IMG/VR virus record: IMGVR_UViG_3300033233_000010
Location: 32,001 to 96,000 of that record
Strand: one strand, 5' to 3'
Origin: a virus
DNA: 64,000 bases
Shown here: positions 43,772 through 52,314 of the stretch, piece by piece
Numbering within the stretch: the first letter of the stretch is position 1
How the letters are laid out: each line of letters begins with the position of its first letter
Notes under the pieces: model-generated
Database searches by the model: none
What the model was told of the DNA's origin: nothing
The model's input: the letters and a program-made list of their open reading frames with translations, nothing else
Position numbers and translations under genes: made by a program

Positions 43772-44764
43772 CTACTTCGCCTCCCACTTGGGGAGTTCGG
43801 CGGCGAGGGCGGAACACAGGATCTCGTCGATCTTCATCGACTCGCCCTTGCACGCCGCGACGGCGCGCTTGATGAAGGACGCCAGCTCGGGCGACTCGTT
43901 GACGACGAGGTGGAGCTTCTCGTTTTGGTTGAAGAACAGGTACCCGTGCTCGACGGTGTCCGCCGACTGGAGGAGCACTTCCTCCTCAGCCGTCTTGAGC
44001 GCAGTGAGGAGGTTCTTGCGGTCCCTCACCTCCTTCTTTTTGTCCTTCTCGCCGTCGGTCGCCGGCCCGTCGTAGTCGCCGTTGCCGCCGCCCTCGCCAT
44101 CGGCACCAGCACCGTCGCTCCTCCCGGCGACGCCCTCGTTGTCCTTCACCGCCTCGTTCTTGCGGAGGGACTTGAGGAGGTCGCCCTTGATGAGCATCTT
44201 GTTGCGCGCCGCTTCGAGCTGGATGTTGTGCTTCTCGGTGAGCGAGCGCTCCAGGTCGGCGTACTTCTGCGCGTTCACCCGACCTCGGATGTGGTTGCGC
44301 TTCACCGACCACATCTTGAGCGTGGCCTCGTCAGCACCGATGAGGTGTTTCTTGACAACGCACGGCACTTCCTTCCACGCGAGCGAGTGGCAGGCGCGAA
44401 CGCGGTGCTCGCCGCCGAGGACGAGGAAGCTGCCGGGGTCGTCGAGCGACGGAACGATGTCGCAGGGCTCATCGAAGCCGCCGTCTTCGATCTCCGCGAC
44501 CAGCTCGGAGAACTCGGCATCGGTCATCTCGTTCACGTTCCAGCTCGTGAAGAGGAGCTTCTCGATCGGAACGAGGATGGCACCTTCCCACTTTTTGAAG
44601 TCGGCGCCGGGAGCCGCCGTGGCGGCGGCTTCGGGGGTAGGCGGCACGGTCTCGGCGCTTTCGGAGACCGAGGCGGGCGCCAGCTCGGTCGCCGTCGCGG
44701 TCTGTGCCAACTCAGCGCCGTCGACGTGATCGACCGACTCCGTCTTCGCCTTCTTCTTCGCCAT
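43772..44764 (-). CDS. parB: ParB/Srx-like N-terminal domain protein
   Basis: WNVNEM…FSELVAEIEDGGFDEP…VLGGEHRVRA. Confidence 0.8.
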   Translation of the reverse strand: MAKKKAKTESVDHVDGAELAQTATATELAPASVSESAETVPPTPEAAATAAPGADFKKWEGAILVPIEKLLFTSWNVNEMTDAEFSELVAEIEDGGFDEPCDIVPSLDDPGSFLVLGGEHRVRACHSLAWKEVPCVVKKHLIGADEATLKMWSVKRNHIRGRVNAQKYADLERSLTEKHNIQLEAARNKMLIKGDLLKSLRKNEAVKDNEGVAGRSDGAGADGEGGGNGDYDGPATDGEKDKKKEVRDRKNLLTALKTAEEEVLLQSADTVEHGYLFFNQNEKLHLVVNESPELASFIKRAVAACKGESMKIDEILCSALAAELPKWEAK

Positions 44765-44815
44765 CTGGGCCTCCGGTAAGCCGGAGACCAAGTTACCACA
44801 GGCGGATAACCCGGC

Positions 44816-45382
44816 CTAGTCGGGCTTCAAGCTCGCGATGGCCCCGACAACTCCTTCGGCCTCCTCGAAGGAGATGATGCGCTCACGGCCTTCGAGGCAC
44901 GCGCGCTCCTCACCGAGAACAGCCCTTGGACAGCCAGCGCCGAGATAAGCGCCGTAGATGATGAGCGAGCTTCGCCGCTCGGGCAGATAGACCTCCACCT
45001 TGCGATCGAGGAGCGTCGAGAAGAGATCGACCGAGCCGCAGGCCGTACCGTCGGTGTTCTTGCCGACGTAGACGACCGTGTTGGCCTGCCCGCACAGGTA
45101 CGCGAGACCGGGAGCCCTGTAGTTTTGCGGCCAACATACGAACGCCACGTCGAGCTTGGGCTCGATGGGCGTCAGGTCGGCGAAGTAGCAGCGCCGCTGC
45201 TCGATGCGCGCAGCGGCGACCATCGGCATCCGTTCCTTGTCGACGGCGACAACTCGGGCGGCGCCGAGTCGGGCGAGCATGCGCGTCTCGATGCACATCC
45301 CCGCTCCCAGGTCGTGAACCCTTCGCCCTTTGACGTAGGGCCAAAGCGCTTTGACCTGCGCCTTGGAGAGTCGGCTGGACAC
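44816..45382 (-). CDS. Class I SAM-dependent methyltransferase-like
   Basis: RRVHDLGAG…VVAVDK. Confidence 0.7.
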   Translation of the reverse strand: MSSRLSKAQVKALWPYVKGRRVHDLGAGMCIETRMLARLGAARVVAVDKERMPMVAAARIEQRRCYFADLTPIEPKLDVAFVCWPQNYRAPGLAYLCGQANTVVYVGKNTDGTACGSVDLFSTLLDRKVEVYLPERRSSLIIYGAYLGAGCPRAVLGEERACLEGRERIISFEEAEGVVGAIASLKPD

Positions 45383-45392
45383 GTCGATCTCC

Positions 45393-45806
45393 TCACGCGA
45401 GCGGCTCGCTTGGACCCTCCGGCTTCGGAACTTCGAGCCTCTCGTACGACTTCTTCGTCGCCGCCCACACCTTTTCGGCGTCGGCGGCTGAGAGGTTGGC
45501 CTTGAGGACGCCCTGCGACGGCGCGGAGCACGCCTCGCCGGTTTCGACCGTGATGGGCTTCCGGTCCGACATGGGGATCGCGTTGATCCCCTCGACTTTC
45601 ATAGCGATGAGCAGCTCTTGTCGGAGCGCCTTCGCCTTGATGTCAGCCTCGCGGAAGGCGTCGACGGCCTGCGCCGTCTCGACCGCCTTCTGCAAGAGGA
45701 TAGGGCTCGGTCCCTTGGGCTTGGCCGCGACGGGCGCCTGCGATACGCCAGCCGTGGCCGCGGCGACGATGTTGCTGAGATCGAGTTTCGGGGCCTTCTC
45801 GCTCAC
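45393..45806 (-). CDS. Hypothetical protein
   Basis: GTGA overlap; GC3-rich codons. Confidence 0.75.
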   Translation of the reverse strand: MSEKAPKLDLSNIVAAATAGVSQAPVAAKPKGPSPILLQKAVETAQAVDAFREADIKAKALRQELLIAMKVEGINAIPMSDRKPITVETGEACSAPSQGVLKANLSAADAEKVWAATKKSYERLEVPKPEGPSEPLA

Positions 45807-47272
45807 TCGTCGCTCCCATCACTCCACCCGAAGGACTCGTAGCTCACGAGCTGGTCGCGGAGCGCGTCGAGGACCACCTGAATCCGCGTGTTGAGAGCTG
45901 TGCCGGAGAGATGGAGCGCCTTGCCGACCGCCTTCCGACCGAGGCCCTCGATCAGAAGCAGGCGTGCGATCGTGCGGTCGTCGTCGGAGCCGAGGGTTGT
46001 GAGCGCGTTGCCCACGTCGAGCGCGATCGCCTCGCGGCGAGCGGCGTCCTGCGTCGCGGCCCCGCACTTCTGCGGAGCCTTGGTCGCGTAGGTTGTCGCG
46101 TAGGGCTCGTAGGACTCCTGTCCCGTGCTGGGCTCTCCCACGAGATCGAGCGAGGTAGCGCCCGACCGCCACCCGTCGGGGCCCTTGAGCACCCCCTCGG
46201 CGCGATCCGCCTTCGTACGGACCTGGAGGGCGCGCATCACCGACCACCCACAGTGAGTCGAGAGAGCGGCTTGCTCCTTGTGGTCGGGGTCCCATGTGGT
46301 CACGGCGCGGAAGATCGCGGCGTCGCGAGCCGCGCGCGCGGCCTCCTCGGCGTGCTGCTTGCCGCCGCGCATCGTTTCGTGCCGGACGCGCTTCGCCACC
46401 CACACGCCGTAGTGGGGCGCGACCCGGGCCATGATCCGAGTAAGGGCCTCAGACGAGCCGTCGCCGTTGGCCTGGACGTAGGCCGAGTCGACGATGTCGT
46501 CGACTCTACGAAGAAGCGCCTCGAAGCGACCGAAGCCGAACCGGGTCTTGACGACCTGACTCGTGAGGGTACGTGCCTTCAACTCCGTGACGAGCTGGTC
46601 GACGTTCAGCCGCGTGAAGCTCCGCGCCACGAGCGCGGCGGAGAGTTTCGCCTGCGCCGCGGCAAGGCGCTCCTGAGTCTGCCCGAGCTTGCCGTCGTCC
46701 CGCTCTTGGGCCGCGGCAAGACGCTCCTTGGCAACGCCGACCGCGTTCTCCCAAGCCGCTACACGCTTGCAGCGGTTTCGGAGCGCCTTCAACCCGCGCC
46801 GGAGGTGGACCGCGATGCCGCGCTTCGGCACGAACGGGGCTCGCGTGAGCGGTCCGTGGGCGTCGACCGCGACCGCGGTGCCGCTCGGAATCAGCGCCGC
46901 CGTCGGCTCCTTGGTCGCCGTCGCTTCGGGCTCGGGCGTCTTCTCGGGAGCCTCGTGGGCCTCGGAGGTTTCGGAGGTTTCGGAGGTTTCGGCCTTGGCG
47001 GCATCCTTGCCCTTGCCCTTGCCCTTGCCGGGCTTCTTGGGCGCCTTGGGCGTCTTGGGCGTCTTCCGCCGCTTGTCCCGCACCTTGTCGCACTCGTAGC
47101 ACCGGGGCTGACGAGTGGGGAGCGCGCGGAGCGTTTGGCACTTGTCGCAGGTCTCGTCCCACGGCTTGTGCTTCTTGCAGTGGCCCCACCGCGGGGCGAA
47201 GTCGGAGTAGCGGTCCTTTTCTTGGCCGCAGACTCCGGCGCACGTCTTGTTCGGTCCCACCTTGATCGGCAC
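45803..47272 (-). CDS. Divergent sigma-70-like factor with N-terminal Cys-rich finger
   Basis: AIFRAVTTWDPD…LSTHCGWSVMRAL resembles region 2 (GLIKAVEKFDP…FSTYA.WWIRQAI); region-4 HTH GLGRKAVGKALHLS. Confidence 0.65.
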   Translation of the reverse strand: MPIKVGPNKTCAGVCGQEKDRYSDFAPRWGHCKKHKPWDETCDKCQTLRALPTRQPRCYECDKVRDKRRKTPKTPKAPKKPGKGKGKGKDAAKAETSETSETSEAHEAPEKTPEPEATATKEPTAALIPSGTAVAVDAHGPLTRAPFVPKRGIAVHLRRGLKALRNRCKRVAAWENAVGVAKERLAAAQERDDGKLGQTQERLAAAQAKLSAALVARSFTRLNVDQLVTELKARTLTSQVVKTRFGFGRFEALLRRVDDIVDSAYVQANGDGSSEALTRIMARVAPHYGVWVAKRVRHETMRGGKQHAEEAARAARDAAIFRAVTTWDPDHKEQAALSTHCGWSVMRALQVRTKADRAEGVLKGPDGWRSGATSLDLVGEPSTGQESYEPYATTYATKAPQKCGAATQDAARREAIALDVGNALTTLGSDDDRTIARLLLIEGLGRKAVGKALHLSGTALNTRIQVVLDALRDQLVSYESFGWSDGSDE

Positions 47273-47316
47273 GCGGCGCTCTCCCTTCGTTGGTCGTGGT
47301 ATGGACTGGCAGCTAC

Positions 47317-47345
47317 TTTATACCTCGACGTGGGGAGCTTGTCTA
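47317..47345 (-). promoter_or_regulatory. Sigma-70-type promoter TAGACA-N17-TATAAA
   Basis: Exact 17-nt spacer, A-tract upstream, leads to the RBS of the 47272 gene. Confidence 0.65.
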
Positions 47346-47396
47346 TCCGCTTTCTGTTTTTCCTCAACACGCTACAAGATGCGCGTGTTACACAGC

Positions 47397-47663
47397 TTAC
47401 GTTACTGACTCCGGTTTATCCGCATCGTCTTCCCCGAAGAGCCTGAGCTGACGCGGGTCGTCCGCCGCTTCCGAGTCTCCTCCGAGGGCTTCGACGGCAA
47501 GGCCGAGGAGAAGGCTGACGCCGGTACCCATGAGCCGGAGGACGCGGTCCTTGCTGAGTGGCGTCTCTCCGGTCGCTTCGTGCAGGAGTCCATTCACGGT
47601 GTTCAGCGCCGCCACGTAGTCGATACGGCGAGCGTCGTCGTCGCCGAAGATGCCGCGGATCAC
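47397..47663 (-). CDS. Hypothetical protein with C-terminal QLRLF motif
   Basis: GTG overlapping the UDG stop, in the frame of ORF 47397..48170. Confidence 0.65.
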   Translation of the reverse strand: MIRGIFGDDDARRIDYVAALNTVNGLLHEATGETPLSKDRVLRLMGTGVSLLLGLAVEALGGDSEAADDPRQLRLFGEDDADKPESVT

Positions 47664-48382
47664 CCGGTGGACTCGCCGAAGAGCCTGAGCTTCTGCTGGA
47701 AGGTCGGCGGAGCTACTGGCCGGACTTCGTGCAGGTCGAGGAGTGGGGCCGGCTCCCCCTGGAGTTTCGCCGCCGCGTACGTCTTGATCGTCTTGAGCAG
47801 CTGGACGCACAGAGCTTCCTCCCGTGGATTCTTCGACCGGAGAATGTACGCGGGGTGGAACATGACCCCGATCCGCGCCTCGCCGAAGAGGTCCCGGCGC
47901 CGACACACTCGTCCTACCCACGGCTCGAAGGGCGAGGCCATTTCGGCAGTTCCGGGCAGGAGAACATGCTGGAGCGCCTGCTTCCCGGCGAGCAAGATGA
48001 CGAGAGGGTTCACGATCTTGAGCTGCTCGTGGAGGAAGGGGCGGCACTTCTCGACCGGAAGCGGCGTACCGCCCCTCGCACCCTCGGGGAACTTGTTGTC
48101 CTCGGGCCGGCATTTCAACAGGTTGGAGATATAGATGTGCTCGCGGTCGATCCCGGCGGCGCGAAGCCACTCATTCAGCTTGCGACCGGCGTTGCCGACG
48201 AACGGCTCGCCCTCGCGGTCCTCGTGCTGACCGGGTGCCTCACCGATCAGGAAGATCGACGCGTTCGCGCTGCCCACTCCAGGGACCGCGTTCGTGCGGT
48301 AGCCCGAGAGCGGGCAGCGCGTACACATCTTGATGTCCCGCTCCAGCTCGTAGAGCGGGTTCTTCCCGACCGGCGTGACCAC
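47660..48382 (-). CDS. udg: Uracil-DNA glycosylase family 4
   Basis: CTRCPL, IGEAPG, PFVG, SNLLKCRP and HPAYILR motifs. Confidence 0.92.
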   Translation of the reverse strand: MVTPVGKNPLYELERDIKMCTRCPLSGYRTNAVPGVGSANASIFLIGEAPGQHEDREGEPFVGNAGRKLNEWLRAAGIDREHIYISNLLKCRPEDNKFPEGARGGTPLPVEKCRPFLHEQLKIVNPLVILLAGKQALQHVLLPGTAEMASPFEPWVGRVCRRRDLFGEARIGVMFHPAYILRSKNPREEALCVQLLKTIKTYAAAKLQGEPAPLLDLHEVRPVAPPTFQQKLRLFGESTG

Positions 48383-48777
48383 TACGCCTCCGTGATGTTG
48401 ACGCGGGTCTGCTCGACCTTCTCGATCTTCGCGTTGAACTGGAACTCGTCGCTGATCGCGATGACGGCGAGCCGCTTGTTGTTGTAGTCGTTCGCGTTCT
48501 TACCCTTCTGGAGCGCCGCCTTCACAGCCGGCTTGTAGGCGGTCTTCACACGATCGTTCTTGCCGGGCTCGATGCCTTCGGGCTTCGGCAGCTCGTTCCA
48601 CACGCGGAGCCCGGTCTTCGGGTCCTTCGTGACGGAGACGAGCGTGATCTCAGCCTGCTTGGGCGGCTTCTTGGTCCTCTTCGGCGCCGTCGCCGTGCCC
48701 GTCGCGGGGGCTCCCGTGGGCGCCGGGCTGGTCGGCGTCGTCGTCGCTTCCTTGGGATTCGTCGTCGGGGTGCTCAT
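48382..48777 (-). CDS. Hypothetical protein
   Basis: GAAGGAG-like RBS before ATG 48777. Confidence 0.7.
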   Translation of the reverse strand: MSTPTTNPKEATTTPTSPAPTGAPATGTATAPKRTKKPPKQAEITLVSVTKDPKTGLRVWNELPKPEGIEPGKNDRVKTAYKPAVKAALQKGKNANDYNNKRLAVIAISDEFQFNAKIEKVEQTRVNITEA

Positions 48778-49792
48778 GATCGTCTTCTTCCTTCTCGGTG
48801 GTGGTGGTTGGAACAGCGGCTCCGTTGAACAGCGACGGATGCTCCTCGATCGCCCGAGTGAGCACATCCGCCGCCTCCTTGGACTTGATCCAGACGAACT
48901 TGCCGCCGAAGACCTTCTCGTACATCGCGAGGTAGAACTCGACGCGCGAGCTGGCCTTCTGCTCCTTCGTGAGCCTGGCGTTCAGGAACTCCAGAGCGAT
49001 GTAGTTGAGGCAGCGCCCGTCGGACATCTCTCGCGGGTCGGCGCGGCGCACCTCGTCCACGGCCTGCTTGAAGAAAGTCGCCTGCTCCTTCGTGACCTTG
49101 TAGTAGAGGGTCACCATCTCGGGGGGCAGCACCTCCGCGGAGCGTGGCTCATGGTCGTCCCTCGGGGGGCGGCGCCGGTCAGGCGAGTGGCCGCTTGCAC
49201 TCAGCCCACTCCGTTCGCTCGGAAGCGCACCGCCGCCGCCCCCCGGGATGTCATCGAAGCCGCCCTCGCCGGAGAGGTCGTCGTTGTCCTCTTGGACCTC
49301 GCGCTTTTCGGTCGGCACACCGGCGTCGGTGAGCGACTGGAGCGCCTCGGGTGTCGGGTTCTTCGCCACGGCGATCTGGACGAGGAAGTCGCGCTGCGAG
49401 AGAGTCCGCGCCTTGGTGAGCCAGTCCTGCGCGTTCGACTCGTTGATCACTCCGAGCATCTCGAACGCCCGCGTGTATCCGACGCCTTCGAGCTGTTCGG
49501 TGCGGAGGTTCAGCTCCTTCACGAACTTCGTCCAGATGCGCCTGACGCGGTAGCCGCGGACGATCGAGATGCCGAGTCCGTTCTCGCACCAGTCGTCGAA
49601 CGTGTTGAAGCCCTTCTCGACGAAGAGCCGCCGGTGGAATATCTGGTACAGCTCGCGACCGAGCCCGATGTAGGCGGTGTCGATCACCTTCTTGAGCTGA
49701 TGAGCGCGCTCGAAGACCGCATCCGTCGAGTCGAAGGCGTTCGACTTCGGCGGCGTCGGTGGCGTGATCGTGAAGTCCTCCGGCTCGCTCAT
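48650..49792 (-). CDS. Hypothetical DNA-binding protein
   Basis: GRELYQI…GFNTFDDWCENGLGISIVRGYR, a helical HTH-like pattern. Confidence 0.7.
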   Translation of the reverse strand: MSEPEDFTITPPTPPKSNAFDSTDAVFERAHQLKKVIDTAYIGLGRELYQIFHRRLFVEKGFNTFDDWCENGLGISIVRGYRVRRIWTKFVKELNLRTEQLEGVGYTRAFEMLGVINESNAQDWLTKARTLSQRDFLVQIAVAKNPTPEALQSLTDAGVPTEKREVQEDNDDLSGEGGFDDIPGGGGGALPSERSGLSASGHSPDRRRPPRDDHEPRSAEVLPPEMVTLYYKVTKEQATFFKQAVDEVRRADPREMSDGRCLNYIALEFLNARLTKEQKASSRVEFYLAMYEKVFGGKFVWIKSKEAADVLTRAIEEHPSLFNGAAVPTTTTEKEEDDHEHPDDESQGSDDDADQPGAHGSPRDGHGDGAEEDQEAAQAG

Positions 49793-49813
49793 GCCCTACG
49801 TCTTACCACGCAC

Positions 49814-50440
49814 TCACGTCGGCGACCCCGACTGCGGAAGAACGACCTCGGTAACCGTGACCCGGAGCGGGTGCTGGTCGAGGAGAGCATCGAGATCGAG
49901 CTTGCTGGCGAGGATCGCAGCACCTCCGGCATCGACGACGTGCGTGATCATCGAGTAGCCGCCGTGCTTTGTGGTCGTGGCCTTCTTCTTCGCCTTCGGC
50001 CAATCGGAGAAGGTCGGAAAGATGCCCTTGAGCGCCTTGGCGAGCTTGGGCTTCTTCGCCTTCCGGCTCCCGCACAGCTCGAACTTGATGTCCTCGGGGT
50101 GGAAGATGAGGAATGGGAGACCGCGCCTGCGCGAGATCGCGTGCATGGCCCCGAAGGCACACGCGATCTGGCGCGTCGCCTGCGCGTTGCGAAGGCTCGG
50201 CGTGCGCTCTGACGCGACCACATCCGGCTTGAAGTCGTCGAGCGCGAGTACGAACTCGGCCTCGATCAGCTCCAGCCGCCGAAGATCGTCTTCGTACTGG
50301 CCCTCCGACCCTTCGTTCCCCTTCTCGGTGAGGATGAGCCGGGAGAACTCGGCCTTCACCCCGGGCGACAGCCGGGTGATCCCGAAGAGCCCGATGTTGG
50401 CGAACCCGGGGTCGACTCCCAGGACACGGATGCGGCTCAT
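49814..50440 (-). CDS. ruvC: RuvC-like Holliday junction resolvase
   Basis: VLGVDPG, VVASE, EDIK…GSRKAKK and HVVDA motifs. Confidence 0.85.
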   Translation of the reverse strand: MSRIRVLGVDPGFANIGLFGITRLSPGVKAEFSRLILTEKGNEGSEGQYEDDLRRLELIEAEFVLALDDFKPDVVASERTPSLRNAQATRQIACAFGAMHAISRRRGLPFLIFHPEDIKFELCGSRKAKKPKLAKALKGIFPTFSDWPKAKKKATTTKHGGYSMITHVVDAGGAAILASKLDLDALLDQHPLRVTVTEVVLPQSGSPT

Positions 50441-50544
50441 GGGTGGAAAGCCCATCCGAGCAGGAAGCCGACGAACACGAGCAGGAGCGTGAAGATCCAC
50501 GCCCCGACCGGGTCGTTCTTGTAGGCGCCGAGGAGCCGGTTCAC
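50437..50544 (-). CDS. 35-aa single-pass membrane microprotein
   Basis: MNRLLGAYKNDPVGAWIFTLLLVFVGFLLGWAFHP; GTGA and ATGA overlaps at both ends; absent from the ORF track. Confidence 0.75.
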   Translation of the reverse strand: MNRLLGAYKNDPVGAWIFTLLLVFVGFLLGWAFHP

Positions 50545-51407
50545 GCGACCGCCAGCGCGTCGTAGATGGCCCAGAAATCGACGAGCTTCTCTTTGATGCC
50601 AGCCCACCGCTTGTCATCGAACTCGGCGTGGTAGACTTTCACGCGCGGAAGCCCGGTTGGCCTGAGCCGGCCATCGGACCACTTCCACTTCGTCTGCTTG
50701 CCCTTGTCGACGTAGATGAACATCACTTCGCGCAGGCCGCTGCCGTGCATGTAGACGTGCGTCTGGTCGAGGTGGTCTCCGTCGGGAGCGGTGAGCTTGT
50801 CCCACGAGTCGGAGGATGCCGACTTGATTTCGAGGATTGCCTTCGGCGGAGCGTGCGGGTCGCTCCCGGCGAGGAGACCATCGGAGTGCCCGCGGATGCG
50901 CAGTTCTCGGTCGATGTAGAGCGTCTCCTCGAACTCGAATCGGGTCTGACCGCAGCCTGCGCATGTCCACGGCATCACACCGTCGCGGTCCCAGTCGCAT
51001 CGCACGCAGCGCCACGTCCCCCAGAGCCGGCGCATCGGCCCGAGGTAGTTGTCGCGCCATAGCTGGTGGATCGCGTGCCCGAGGTCGTAGGTCATCAGCT
51101 CAGCGGCCACCGGCTTCTCGGTGAAGGCGATGTCGAACTCGGCGCGCGTGCGCAGCTCGCCGAGCTTGAACGTCGCGGCGAGCACCTTGGAGAGCGCGCT
51201 CGCGCGAAGGCACCCGTCCTCGATCGGCGGTTTGCGCTCGTCGCCGCGGCTGCGCCCGACGTAGGCGCAGACCTCGTCGTAGAAGGTCTCGGCCTTGTCC
51301 TTCGGCTTGGGAGCCGTCGCCGTCGTTACCAGCGGTGGGATCGCCGACGGTGATGAGTCGAGAGACTTGATCACCGTCTTCATCACGTCGGAGAGATCCA
51401 CGCGCAA
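50541..51407 (-). CDS. Cas4-like PD-(D/E)XK exonuclease
   Basis: GHAIH, CVRC…CAGC, GHSDG, LEIKS and QTHVYM motifs. Confidence 0.85.
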   Translation of the reverse strand: MRVDLSDVMKTVIKSLDSSPSAIPPLVTTATAPKPKDKAETFYDEVCAYVGRSRGDERKPPIEDGCLRASALSKVLAATFKLGELRTRAEFDIAFTEKPVAAELMTYDLGHAIHQLWRDNYLGPMRRLWGTWRCVRCDWDRDGVMPWTCAGCGQTRFEFEETLYIDRELRIRGHSDGLLAGSDPHAPPKAILEIKSASSDSWDKLTAPDGDHLDQTHVYMHGSGLREVMFIYVDKGKQTKWKWSDGRLRPTGLPRVKVYHAEFDDKRWAGIKEKLVDFWAIYDALAVA

Positions 51408-51422
51408 GGCTCCTCTTGGTGG

Positions 51423-51806
51423 TCAGCCGTCCTCCACGAGTTCTTGGAAGTCGACCGCCGGAATCAAGACCCAGTCAGTAGGCACAGGGATCTCAGCCCC
51501 TTCGAGCCGGATCTCGAACACGGGTGTTCTACCCATCCTAAGCGACTGCACGATGAGCTTCTTCATCCACTTGGAGGATATGGAGATGCTCGCTCGTTTC
51601 GTCGACTTTCCCTCGCGGATGAAGCGGTTGCCCATCGCGTCGCCGGGCCGACCAGGCTTATTCCCCGAGCCGGTAACCTGCCGATCACCCGAGCGCTTCG
51701 AGATGTCGCGCTCGTGCTTCTTCCAGTCGGCCTTCCTCGGCTTGTCGTTGTCCTTGAAGTAGTCGGGGCCGCGCGGGGTGACGGGCGGGCCATCGAGCGC
51801 GCTCAC
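51423..51806 (-). CDS. Hjc-like PD-(D/E)XK resolvase
   Basis: HERD, GSGN…GD…EGKST…SISI. Confidence 0.65.
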   Translation of the reverse strand: MSALDGPPVTPRGPDYFKDNDKPRKADWKKHERDISKRSGDRQVTGSGNKPGRPGDAMGNRFIREGKSTKRASISISSKWMKKLIVQSLRMGRTPVFEIRLEGAEIPVPTDWVLIPAVDFQELVEDG

Positions 51807-51988
51807 GGCTCGCCCCCTTTCTCCAGCGCGAGCTTGGAGCACGGCGGCGCGCTGTCGTGCGTGGCGAGGTAGCCGAGCTGGTCGACCCCGTTCATGCCGT
51901 CAAAGAGCACAGTTTCAAGGATCTCGCGGTCGATCTCGTGGTGAACGGCCTTCCAAGCGGCGTGGAGGATGTCGCGTTCGAGATTCAC
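51803..51988 (-). CDS. Small hypothetical protein
   Basis: GTGA overlaps at both ends. Confidence 0.6.
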   Translation of the reverse strand: MNLERDILHAAWKAVHHEIDREILETVLFDGMNGVDQLGYLATHDSAPPCSKLALEKGGEP

Positions 51989-52314
51989 GCGTTCACCAGC
52001 CTGAGTACGCCGATAGCCGTTCCGTCGCCATCGCGCACGAAGATGAGCCCCATTGGCGATTCCGGGACCACATCGAGTAACAGGCGCTCGCGCCAACCGC
52101 CTCCGTCGAGAAGCGAGGCGAGGCGCGTAATGATGTCGGGAGCGGCCAGCTCCAAGTACGAGGCGCTGACGGTGTCGACGGTGAGATGTCTCGCTCCGGG
52201 ACACGCTTTTACCAGCTCGTCCACGTAGCGGTCGAGAAGACGAACGTGACTCGCCATGTAGACATCGGCGGGGGGCTGGCAGTCGAAGTAAGTGGTAGGC
52301 GCGGCGTCGCTCAC
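51985..52314 (-). CDS. Hypothetical protein
   Basis: GTG overlapping the recA stop. Confidence 0.65.
   Translation of the reverse strand: MSDAAPTTYFDCQPPADVYMASHVRLLDRYVDELVKACPGARHLTVDTVSASYLELAAPDIITRLASLLDGGGWRERLLLDVVPESPMGLIFVRDGDGTAIGVLRLVNA

Noticed and set aside
50541-51407. CRISPR-associated Cas4 locus
   Set aside because: No repeat-spacer array or other cas genes; the context is a phage recombination operon
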